Shown here: piece after piece, positions 49,609-58,077 of the stretch
Layout: each line of letters begins with the position of its first letter
Position numbering within the stretch: the first letter of the stretch is position 1
Source of the DNA: Rhodothermales bacterium
GTDB taxonomy: Bacteria; Bacteroidota; Rhodothermia; Rhodothermales; Bin80
DNA: 64,000 nt
Assembly (NCBI GenBank): GCA_963665975.1
Contig: OY762508.1
Location: 2,781,456-2,845,455, forward strand
Direction: 5' to 3'
Translations under genes and position numbers: made by a program
Notes under the pieces: generated by a model
The model's input: the letters and a program-made list of their open reading frames with translations, nothing else
What the model was told of the DNA's origin: nothing
Database searches by the model: none

Positions 49609-51048
49609 CTATTGCGACGATGCCGGCGCATCGATGCGGCCAGGCTCCCGCGTTTGAGAGCCGGTTATGTTAGTCAGGTTGTCTCCCAATTCGGCGCGCT
49701 TGGCGTCTGCAAGGAGCACAAGGCGCTCGACCACTTCTGGATTATCGGCAGCGACGTCGGTGGTTTCTCCGATATCTCGTTCCAGATCATACAGGGTAAT
49801 CTCGGTGATGTCTATGTGCGTGTACTTGCCGGGGGTCCCGCCATTACCGAGTGCCTGACCCTGCATGGTTCGATACCGGTGCGGAAAGTGGAGCTTCCAT
49901 CTGCCGCTACGCATGGCTTCCAACTGATTATTATGGTACCAGAAGAAGTAGGCCTCGTGCGGTGAGGTGGTGCTTTCGCCCGTGAACAGCGGCCATATGT
50001 CCTTGCCGTCTATGGCATGAGTCGGCAGCTCTGCGTCGAGAAGCTCGGCGAGGGTGGGGAACAAGTCGATCGTCATCGCGGGTGTGGATACTTCCAGACC
50101 CTCTGGTATCATGCCGGGCCACGTTGCCAGAAACGGGACACGGATTCCTCCATCGAAGGTCGTGCCCTTGCCCTCCCTGAGCGGCAGCGCCGATCCGGCA
50201 TGATCCCCATAGCTCAGCCATGGACCGTTATCGGAAGCGAACAGGATCAGTGTGTTGTCCGCAACGCCGGTGGATTCGAGTGCAGCCATGATCCTTCCCA
50301 TAGACCAGTCGATTTCCTGTATGACGTCACCGAAGAGGCCGCTGCCGCTGTTGCCTGCCCGCTCATCGGAGACAAACAGTGGAACGTGCGGCATGGGATG
50401 CGCTACGTAAAGAAAGAATGGCGCGCCGGCAGCGACACTCTCTTCAATGAATGCAACGCCACGATTGGTAAAATCGGTAGTGAAACGCGTCTGGTCCGTG
50501 TTATACCCGACAATGTCTTCGCCCTCGAACGTAGGAAGATCGCCCCATGCATCGGGATTCTCAGGGTGGTAGGGCCACATATCATTGGAGTAGGGGATTC
50601 CGTAGTAGTCATCAAAGCCGTGGCGAGTCGGCAGGAACTGGGGATGATGCCCCAGATGCCATTTGCCGTACATCGCCGTGGCATACCCCTTGGACTGGAA
50701 GAGTTCGCCAAGCGTCACCTCATTGGCATGGATGCCGTGGGTGTGGGACGGCCCGAGAGCACCGTGGATGCCAATGCGGTTCGAATAATTGCCCGTAAGC
50801 AGCGAGGCCCGTGATGCGGAGCACACTGGCTGACTGACATAGAAGTCGGTAAAGCGCACGCCCTGGGCTGCCATCTGGTCCAGGTTTGGGGTCTCATAGC
50901 CTTGTGCGCCGTAGGAGCCCAGGTCAGCATAGGCAAGGTCATCGGCCAACATGATAACTACGTTTGGCGTGACGGGCTGCAGGGACTGATTCGCCGCCGT
51001 ACCGCAGGCACTGGCGAGTAGAAGAAATAGAATCCAGGAAAGGCGCAT
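49609..51048 (-). CDS. Sulfatase (arylsulfatase A-like)
   Basis: PNVVIMLADDLAYADLGSYG...CSASRASLLTG signature, with a signal peptide. Confidence 0.85.
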   Translation of the reverse strand: MRLSWILFLLLASACGTAANQSLQPVTPNVVIMLADDLAYADLGSYGAQGYETPNLDQMAAQGVRFTDFYVSQPVCSASRASLLTGNYSNRIGIHGALGPSHTHGIHANEVTLGELFQSKGYATAMYGKWHLGHHPQFLPTRHGFDDYYGIPYSNDMWPYHPENPDAWGDLPTFEGEDIVGYNTDQTRFTTDFTNRGVAFIEESVAAGAPFFLYVAHPMPHVPLFVSDERAGNSGSGLFGDVIQEIDWSMGRIMAALESTGVADNTLILFASDNGPWLSYGDHAGSALPLREGKGTTFDGGIRVPFLATWPGMIPEGLEVSTPAMTIDLFPTLAELLDAELPTHAIDGKDIWPLFTGESTTSPHEAYFFWYHNNQLEAMRSGRWKLHFPHRYRTMQGQALGNGGTPGKYTHIDITEITLYDLERDIGETTDVAADNPEVVERLVLLADAKRAELGDNLTNITGSQTREPGRIDAPASSQ

Positions 51049-51187
51049 GGGATGTCAGAGGCAAGTGGCGATTGAGGCAGGCAGAAGATACGATGCCAGA
51101 CATTGTCACAGTATGGCCGTGGCCATTGTGCCAACCCGCACGGCGCGACCGGCTTTCTCCTGGTGGTCTCCTCCCGGTGGGGAAATA

Positions 51188-52321
51188 TCAGGCGGTGGAC
51201 TGGTTCAGCAGGACAGGTCGCGCCTGTTCGACCGCGCTCTCGATTTCGGCGACAATTAATTCTTCGGCTCGTGCGATCCAGTCTCTGAGGGGTACAGGAT
51301 CGTATTGGTACGTTGGCAAAAAGCGTATGAGGCGGTCGAGATCAAAATTGTCAGACTGGATGGCGCCACCGGTATGCCGTCCGTCAACACCATTGCAGTG
51401 TTGTTCGAAGTGCTTGTTCAGGGGTATTAGCATGAGAGGCTTGCAGAGATACAGGGCCTCGGCCATGCTCTCGAATCCTGCGGTGGTGATCACGCCCCGA
51501 CTCTTGGCCATCATTTCCAGGAAACGCAGCCCGTGGAGCCGGTGAAAGGTCAGCGTATCGTCCATGACTTCAATCTCGCGAGCATCGGCATTATTCCAGA
51601 AACAGTGCAGGGCGATGCCCGGATTCTCGCGGTGCCAGCGCACCACGGAGTCTGACAGGCTGTGATGAAACAAATAGATCAGGAAATAGGGCTCTTGTTG
51701 TCCCAGCGGTTGGACGAACAGCTCGTCCCGCAAGAGCGGCGGCATAACCGTCAGTCGTTCGGATGCAATCTCCGGGGCGTCGTACAGAGAGAGAGCAAGT
51801 CGCCGTGTGGCCCTGGCCGCGGTCAGTCGCGTAAACAGCGTCGCGCCGTGGCGCTGCATCTGAAATCCGCGCGGGAACGCGTATCTCGGATGCAAGAACA
51901 TGTACTGATGTGCAATTGCCACCATGGGAATGTCCGCCTTGTACCGCATCATGTACAGACCGCCCAGTGGTTCATAGAAGTTGATGATGACATCCGGCTG
52001 GTGTCGCTCGATCTCCTCCTGAATCACGGCAAAACTGCTGCGAAATCTGCTCCAGCACCGGTTATTATATGCCAGTGTTTGCAACCATTGGATAGAGCGG
52101 GTGCTCCCATCGACCACCAGATGGGCACTCTCCACGAAACGAAGGGGGGCCTGGAAATGATCGGCAAAGTAGGTCGGGAATTCCGCATCCCCGCCGCGAC
52201 TTACGACAGCACTACATACGTAGTGACCTGCGCGTTGCAAAAAGCCGCGTAGGGCGAGCGCCTGCGTTAGGTGGCCGCGACCCTCCCCCTGGACGATGAA
52301 GAGACACGTTAAGGGAAGCAT
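51188..52321 (-). CDS. GT-B fold glycosyltransferase (MurG/MGDG-synthase-like)
   Basis: The N-terminus FIVQGEGRGHLTQALAL is typical of GT1/GT28-like enzymes. It is paired with an LpxH-like gene, as is common in Bacteroidota. Confidence 0.65.
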   Translation of the reverse strand: MLPLTCLFIVQGEGRGHLTQALALRGFLQRAGHYVCSAVVSRGGDAEFPTYFADHFQAPLRFVESAHLVVDGSTRSIQWLQTLAYNNRCWSRFRSSFAVIQEEIERHQPDVIINFYEPLGGLYMMRYKADIPMVAIAHQYMFLHPRYAFPRGFQMQRHGATLFTRLTAARATRRLALSLYDAPEIASERLTVMPPLLRDELFVQPLGQQEPYFLIYLFHHSLSDSVVRWHRENPGIALHCFWNNADAREIEVMDDTLTFHRLHGLRFLEMMAKSRGVITTAGFESMAEALYLCKPLMLIPLNKHFEQHCNGVDGRHTGGAIQSDNFDLDRLIRFLPTYQYDPVPLRDWIARAEELIVAEIESAVEQARPVLLNQSTA

Positions 52322-53119
52322 TTACTGCACCTGTTCGGGATGAAGCGCGGGACGCATGATGGCAGGGATCTGCCCTGCACACCTGTCGCCGCCATGGCGA
52401 ATAGAAATGGCATGGTCTTCCGACGCCACCCATTGGACAAGGTCGAGCGAACTGTCGAAGTGCTCGACTACGGCCGTGTAGTCTTCTACCCAGTCACCAC
52501 AGTTGGCATATGCGTGCCCATCCATCATTCGAATTTCTGCATGATGGACATGTCCGCACCCGATACTGTCTGCCCGGTGTGAGACGGCTGCCTGCACCAT
52601 GGTTGACTGGACGTCAGCGGTAAACTGTACCGCGCGCTTCGTGTTGTGCTTGAGACAAGCCGACAGTGACCAGTATGGGAGTCCCGGTCTGCATCGGGCG
52701 TTGTTGACCCATCGATTCAGGATGAGCGTTGCCTGATACACGCGGGCGCCCAGTCTTGAAAGCCACCGTGCATGTCGGATCATGCCGTCTGCGGTGGTAT
52801 GGACATGATCCGATGCCTCCTCGACATAACCGAAATGCAATCCGATATAGTCGCGTGCAACTTCGTCCTGGTTGCCCGGCAAAAGGATGATGCGCGTCCC
52901 TTTAAGCGCCTTTCGAAGCAGCTTTTGGATTACATCGTTGCGCTGTTGCCGATACCTGTAGCGGGCAAGCGCCCATCCGTCGAAGATATCGCCGACCAAA
53001 TTGAGTGTTTCAGAATCGTTGCATCGGAGAAAATCGAGGAGATAATGAGCCGTGCACTCACGTGTTCCGAGGTGAAAATCTGATACCCATATAGTGCGGT
53101 ACCGCTGCCCGGTCTTCAT
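52322..53119 (-). CDS. LpxH-like metallophosphoesterase (UDP-2,3-diacylglucosamine diphosphatase family), atypical motif set
   Basis: Motifs present: DFHLG, GDIFDGW, PYWSLSACLKH, CGHVHHAE, CGDWVE. GNQDE stands in place of GNHDE, and the HGD motif appears to be missing (see findings). Confidence 0.7.
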   Translation of the reverse strand: MKTGQRYRTIWVSDFHLGTRECTAHYLLDFLRCNDSETLNLVGDIFDGWALARYRYRQQRNDVIQKLLRKALKGTRIILLPGNQDEVARDYIGLHFGYVEEASDHVHTTADGMIRHARWLSRLGARVYQATLILNRWVNNARCRPGLPYWSLSACLKHNTKRAVQFTADVQSTMVQAAVSHRADSIGCGHVHHAEIRMMDGHAYANCGDWVEDYTAVVEHFDSSLDLVQWVASEDHAISIRHGGDRCAGQIPAIMRPALHPEQVQ

Positions 53120-53325
53120 AGGCAGGACAAAAGAATGACTAGGTAGTGGTTGCCAGAAAATACTGAGTTGTCCGATGGGATGTTCACTGTGCGAGGGCTG
53201 ACAAGGCCTGCATGGTCGTCAGAATGGTCGTGGAGAGGGAGACAGGCCAATTGTGAGACTTACCAGGCGATGATCTGATCCACTACGCCCAACAACGGTG
53301 TGGCCACGACACAGGTAGCTGATCT

Positions 53326-54919
53326 CCTCTGTTGAACAAGGAGTCGAAACCTGTTCCCATGCTCGAATCAGAGGGCGACTTACGCCGCTCGGTCACGAGC
53401 CTTATGCCAGCGCCGGCGTCGTTCGTCCTGCTTCTTCAAGATCAGACCCAGCCGGTGCACGTTGGTCGCCACAACCACTAGAGCCACTGTTCGGGCAAAT
53501 CCGTCGGGTCCGTGCGTACGCACCAGATCCAGCCCCCGGTGCTGCAAGTTGTTGATCCCAGATTCAATCGCCGCATGCTGACGCCGCCCTTCCACAAAGG
53601 CCTCCGCAGTCTCTCGCTCCAGATCCTCCTTGTTACGACGCCCTTTCTTCGGCATAAGGTTTAGATCCAACAGCCAGTCCAGTTTATTCCGGTTCTCCGG
53701 TGTGTAGAACCCCTTATCCGTGCTACAGGAATTCAGCAACGGGTAGCGCTCTTTTGCCTCCGTAAGAAATTGCACAATCATGTCCTGGTCTCCTCCTTCC
53801 CACTGTATGTGGTGATGCAGCACAAATCCGTACTGATCCTCCAACACACACACCGGCACTCTCAATTCCGCGATCACCCCCGCCTTTCCCTTGGTGATCC
53901 AACGGGTATGCTCCTCATGGATCGAGAAGATCTTCTCGTCGTGCGGAATCACTACCCCCTTGATCAGACGCCGATCCACCTGGTCTATCTGGCGCCGCGC
54001 ATGCCGCAGATAGTAGGGGATCTGCTCATTCTCAATGCCACAAGCCTTCAGAACCTGTTGTGTACACGCTACCTTCTCCACCAAGAATCGGCACAGCGAA
54101 AGATACTCCTGCACCCTGGTCCGCTTGCGCCGCTGACGACTTGTGCGTACCCGATTGAAGAAACGACGCACCCTCCTATTCCAGTCCCGACTCTTGCGCC
54201 AACCCTTGATGGCATGCTTGTGACAGGTAGTGTGTACGGTTCGCAATAGACAACGCATCGCATCATACAGAAGCCCCACGTCCGTAGGCCATTCCACATG
54301 CGTCTTTGCTACCGCCGAGTCTGCCCGGCAACGAAGCTCCGCTTCCGTTTCTTACCGTCCGGTGACCGCATGCAACCACTACCACATTGATCTCTTCGAG
54401 CATCTCCGGCGTCAACAGACATACGTTGTCTATGATCGTCTGCAGGTGATATGTCGTTCTATCGCCAAAATCATTAGCGTGTCCCAACATCTGGCGCAGT
54501 TGCCTGTGGTTGTTTACCAAGTTCCGAAGCCGATCGAAGTCGCAGTTCAGGGCTTTTTGCACCATGCCGAGGACAAAGATGCGCCAAAAGGACATGCCGG
54601 GACGTCTAAGGTGGCGCTTAATCTTCGGACGTATCTGTTTCTCCAGGATATCGAAGACTTTTTCCCGGGTATCGGGATCACAGTAGATGTGCTGAAGACC
54701 GCGCAGCAAGGCAGGTATATCGTCTCTGTCTTTGGGATCAAAGACGATGTCTTCGATGCGGGTTTCACCGAACTGTCGCAGCGAATCCTTGACGACACGC
54801 ATGGGATGAATGGTCGAATGTGGGAGGTAGAGAGTGTCTCAGAGCGTTTCAGGGGCTTTAGTGATCAACGTCAATTATTTTCTTGGTCGACGACAATTAA
54901 GATTTTGTAAAGACAGAGG
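53326..54919 (-). mobile_element. ISNCY-like insertion sequence (boundaries tentative)
   Basis: It contains the split transposase. Imperfect terminal inverted repeats begin CCTCTGT at 53326-53332 and at 54919-54913 (reverse complement). Confidence 0.5.
53380..54802 (-). pseudogene. ISNCY/IS5-like DDE transposase, split by a frameshift (ORFs 54263-54802 and 53380-54297)
   Basis: The N-terminal part (DIPALLRGLQHIY...GMSFWRIFVLGMVQKALNCDFDRLRNLVNNHRQLRQMLGH) resembles ISNCY transposases. The first catalytic Asp motif ADSAVAKTHVEWPTD sits in the frame of the downstream ORF, upstream of its first Met. That frame is closed by TAA at 54353-54355. Confidence 0.7.
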
Positions 54920-54920
54920 C

Positions 54921-54949
54921 CGAGCTTCGAGGCGGAGCCTCGAAGCTCG
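54921..54949. other. Perfect 13-bp-stem / 3-nt-loop palindrome (cgagcttcgaggc-gga-gcctcgaagctcg)
   Basis: Read directly. It abuts the putative ISNCY end. A T-run (tgcttttt) follows 9 nt downstream on the plus strand, so it is only weakly terminator-like. Confidence 0.3.
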
Positions 54950-55130
54950 AAGCCGAGTGCTTTTTCGCCCCTGGCCGGTACGCGTGATTCCAATTGTAGA
55001 CAGACGCTATAAATTATCTTCTACGGAGACCTTGTCAGCGTGGCATTCCGCGCACCAGTACTCCTGGAAACACCACGTATTACCAGGCATCCTATAGCGT
55101 CCAACGCGCCGCACGGCTGTCTATGCGACG

Positions 55131-55925
55131 TCAGGACCCAGCGCTCTGGGCGTCATCCTGGACCTGTTGGCGCCGCTTGGAAGCCTCCAGCCGATAGCTC
55201 GGCACATTCAGCTCCAGTATCACGCTGTGATGCACGAGCCGGTCTATGGCCGCAGCCGTGGTCATCGGATCCTTGAAGATGCGCTCCCACTGACTGAAGG
55301 CCAAATTGCTCGTAAGAAGCACGCTGCCACGCTCGTAGCGCTGCGACAAGAGCAGAAACAGCACCTCCATCTCCTCCCGAGTGTGCTGCACGTAGCCGAT
55401 GTCGTCGATAATGAGCGCCTCAAAGCGAGGTAATCGCTTGAGGAGCGTGGGCAGACGCAGCTGTTGTTTGGCCCATAGCAGATCCTGTACCAGGGTGCTG
55501 CAATTGTAGAAGAGCACGCGCCGCCGCTGAAAGATCAACTCCCGACCCAGTGCACACACCAGGTGCGTCTTGCCGCTGCCGGGAGGACCGAAGACCAGGA
55601 CATTCTCCTTGCGGTCCAGAAAGCCTCCCTCCAATAGCACACGCAGATGGTGGTCTAACCGCAAGGGCAACCGGCCCCGATCGAATGTGTCCAACGTCTT
55701 CTCCAGCGGCAGCCGCGACTCGCGCAGCCAACGCTGAATGCGATTGCTGTGACGCTCCTGTTGCTCCTCTTCTATGAGCTCCAACAGGAAACGCTCGAAG
55801 CTCAAGGCCTCCCTGCGGGCCATATCGGCCTTCTCCCGCCAGCACGCCCGGATCGCCGGCATACGGAGCTCCTTGAGCCCTGCCTGCAGCGCCCGCTCCA
55901 GTTCTGTTGACGTCAGCGTCTTCAT
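55131..55925 (-). CDS. istB: IS21 helper ATPase IstB
   Basis: Walker A GPPGSGKTHL and Walker B ALIIDDIGY, with typical length. Confidence 0.92.
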   Translation of the reverse strand: MKTLTSTELERALQAGLKELRMPAIRACWREKADMARREALSFERFLLELIEEEQQERHSNRIQRWLRESRLPLEKTLDTFDRGRLPLRLDHHLRVLLEGGFLDRKENVLVFGPPGSGKTHLVCALGRELIFQRRRVLFYNCSTLVQDLLWAKQQLRLPTLLKRLPRFEALIIDDIGYVQHTREEMEVLFLLLSQRYERGSVLLTSNLAFSQWERIFKDPMTTAAAIDRLVHHSVILELNVPSYRLEASKRRQQVQDDAQSAGS

Positions 55926-57430
55926 GGTGCTACGGTAAGAGAAGTCCGCGTCGATGGCTCCAACAGGCCGTCATACGCACTCAGATCCACCACAGGAGGC
56001 GCTACCAGAAGAACAGGAGCCTTCTGCACCATGCGATCCAGCAGCGCTTCTACAGCCGCTACCGTAAGGGGCTCTTTGCCCTCCAGCAGCACACGCAGGG
56101 CAGCGTCTACGCCCGATTCGCTCTCTTTGGCTGCCAAATACAACACACGCAGATACGTCTTGTCGGCCTTCAGAGACGCTCTGTGCGCCCGATGCAGCGC
56201 GTCATAGGCCATCCGGAACCGGTGTGTGGGAAAAAGCTCCGCCCGGTATCGGTACTGGGCAAACGCCCCCGGTTTGCGCACCAGCGAGTCGATCACATCC
56301 CGATACTTGATACGGTGCTTGCCTTTTCCATACAGCCGCGGCATGCGCTCCATGAGATGCTGCCCGTACCACACCTCAACTACCTCGCTGAAAAGACGTA
56401 CGGCAACCAATTCGCCAACCAGCCGGCTCGACACCGAGTAGATGTTGCTCTGAACCCGTATCTGACTGCCCTTCGATACCCGCACGCGTAATGCCTTGTA
56501 GCTCTCCAGTCGCCGCTTCGCAAGAGGCCGCAGCAAGGCCCGCTCCTGCTCGAAACGCTCCTTGCGCTGCGCATTCAACTGCGCAAACAGCTTCTCAAGA
56601 AAAGCTGTATAGGCCTGCCGGCTCTCAAAATCGCTTCCACCACGCAACATGAGCTGGTTCCTTATTGCCAGCTTCAGCCGGTAGTGCCGCTGCTCTACCT
56701 TTCCGTTCTCGTGCGGACTCCGCACCTGCGTATGCCGCGCTTCCATGCCACAGTAGCGCATCAACGCCTGGTAGCGCTCGGTAAAAGCCTCTTTGCCGCC
56801 ACGCAGCTTGCGTACCGCACAACTCATAGAGTCCGTCTGGTGCATCCTGGGCGCGCCTCCACACGCGTGCAGAGCATTCTGCACACCCTCCGAGAGCGCC
56901 TCGAAGCTCTCTGAACGGCAAATCGTACCCGTCTCCCAGTTCGAATACGCCAGCACAAAGTGGTACAACAGATGGGGAAACGGCTCTCCCTGGATCGTCA
57001 CACCCAACTCGTTCATGCACGTAAAGTCCGATTGGGCGCGATCTCCCGGCTCGTACTCCTGGGCAAAGAACACTTCCTTTGGCGGACCCTCGGTCGCCTT
57101 CCAATGCTTCACGCGCCGCTGTAATGTGCGCAGCTGGCCCGGCTGGAACTTGTCCGGATACCGACGCTGCAACTCGCCAAAGAGCGCCTTCACCTCAATA
57201 TTGGGATTGACCTCCAGAAAGGCCTTGACCTCCTCCCACACGTCCGCGAACGGATCCTTGCGCGTACGCCACGTGTGCGGCTGCTTCGTCTCGCTTGGCA
57301 GCTTGCCCAACCGCACGTACTTCCGCGCGGTAGGCTCACTCATGCCAGCCTTGGCCGCTGCCGTCATTATGGACTCTCCCTTCTTCAATACCAACCTGCG
57401 TAGAAGCAGAACCTGCGAGTCTCGTACCAT
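55922..57430 (-). CDS. istA: IS21 transposase IstA
   Basis: N-terminal HTH (GESIMTAAAKAGMSEPTARKYV) and a DDE/rve core. I prefer the start at MVRDSQ (57430), because the ORF-track start at 57472 falls in the terminal repeat. Confidence 0.88.
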   Translation of the reverse strand: MVRDSQVLLLRRLVLKKGESIMTAAAKAGMSEPTARKYVRLGKLPSETKQPHTWRTRKDPFADVWEEVKAFLEVNPNIEVKALFGELQRRYPDKFQPGQLRTLQRRVKHWKATEGPPKEVFFAQEYEPGDRAQSDFTCMNELGVTIQGEPFPHLLYHFVLAYSNWETGTICRSESFEALSEGVQNALHACGGAPRMHQTDSMSCAVRKLRGGKEAFTERYQALMRYCGMEARHTQVRSPHENGKVEQRHYRLKLAIRNQLMLRGGSDFESRQAYTAFLEKLFAQLNAQRKERFEQERALLRPLAKRRLESYKALRVRVSKGSQIRVQSNIYSVSSRLVGELVAVRLFSEVVEVWYGQHLMERMPRLYGKGKHRIKYRDVIDSLVRKPGAFAQYRYRAELFPTHRFRMAYDALHRAHRASLKADKTYLRVLYLAAKESESGVDAALRVLLEGKEPLTVAAVEALLDRMVQKAPVLLVAPPVVDLSAYDGLLEPSTRTSLTVAP

Positions 57431-57563
57431 CTCGAATGTGGATCGACTGGAAAAATCCGGTCGTCCACGCACAAGACTGACTCAGGTCCCGAAAACTTTA
57501 GGTCAAATGAAAAGCGGGTACGAACTTTGTACTGTTCGCTTCGCTCACTTGACCTACACGCTC

Positions 57564-58077
57564 ATGCAGAGGCTCCTCTATCTCGGGCTGGACGCCCATG
57601 CACGCTCCTGCGTCTTGGCCGCTATGAATGCTACCGGTCGATTGCTGTACACCAAAGCGTTCACCACATCTCAAGCAGCCCTGATCAGCCATGTGGTGGC
57701 GGCGCCAGCTCACGAGAAACGGCTGGTGTTGGAAGAGTCCGCGCTTGCTGGCTGGATCGCGGATGCCCTTCGCCCCTACGTGGACAAGCTCATCGTATGT
57801 GACCCACGACAGAACGCGCTGATCAGTCGTGGCGGCAACAAGGACGATTACGCAGATGCCCATAAACTCTGTCGGCTACTGCGACTGGGCGAATTGACCC
57901 CGGTGTACCATTCCGATCAGGGGCACCGCGTCGACTTCAAGATTGCGGTGCAGCAGTACCTGGCCTTCCGACGCAACCAAGCCAGCCTGAAGGCGCAAAT
58001 CAAGGCCAAGTACCACCAGGCGGGGGTCGTGCACGTGGCGGGTACGCGTGTGTTCAGTAAGACAGACCGCACTTATT
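57564..58077 (+). CDS. IS110-family DEDD recombinase, exon 1 (interrupted by a group II intron)
   Basis: MQRLLYLGLDAHARSCVLAAMNATGRLLY...FSKTDRTY is collinear with the intact paralog at 61648-62718. Confidence 0.85.

Larger units (their letters stand above)
55033..57473 (-). mobile_element. IS21-family insertion sequence (complete)
   Basis: istA-istB with an ATGA overlap. The terminal inverted repeats are TGTCAGCGTGGCATTCCG (55033-) and TGTGCGTGGACGACCGG (reverse complement of 57473-). Confidence 0.8.

Noticed and set aside
54921-54975. The 13-bp perfect palindrome as a rho-independent terminator
   Set aside because: The T-run is 9 nt away from the stem on the plus strand and no plus-strand gene ends upstream. 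It may be an insertion-site or IS-end structure, and its function is undetermined.
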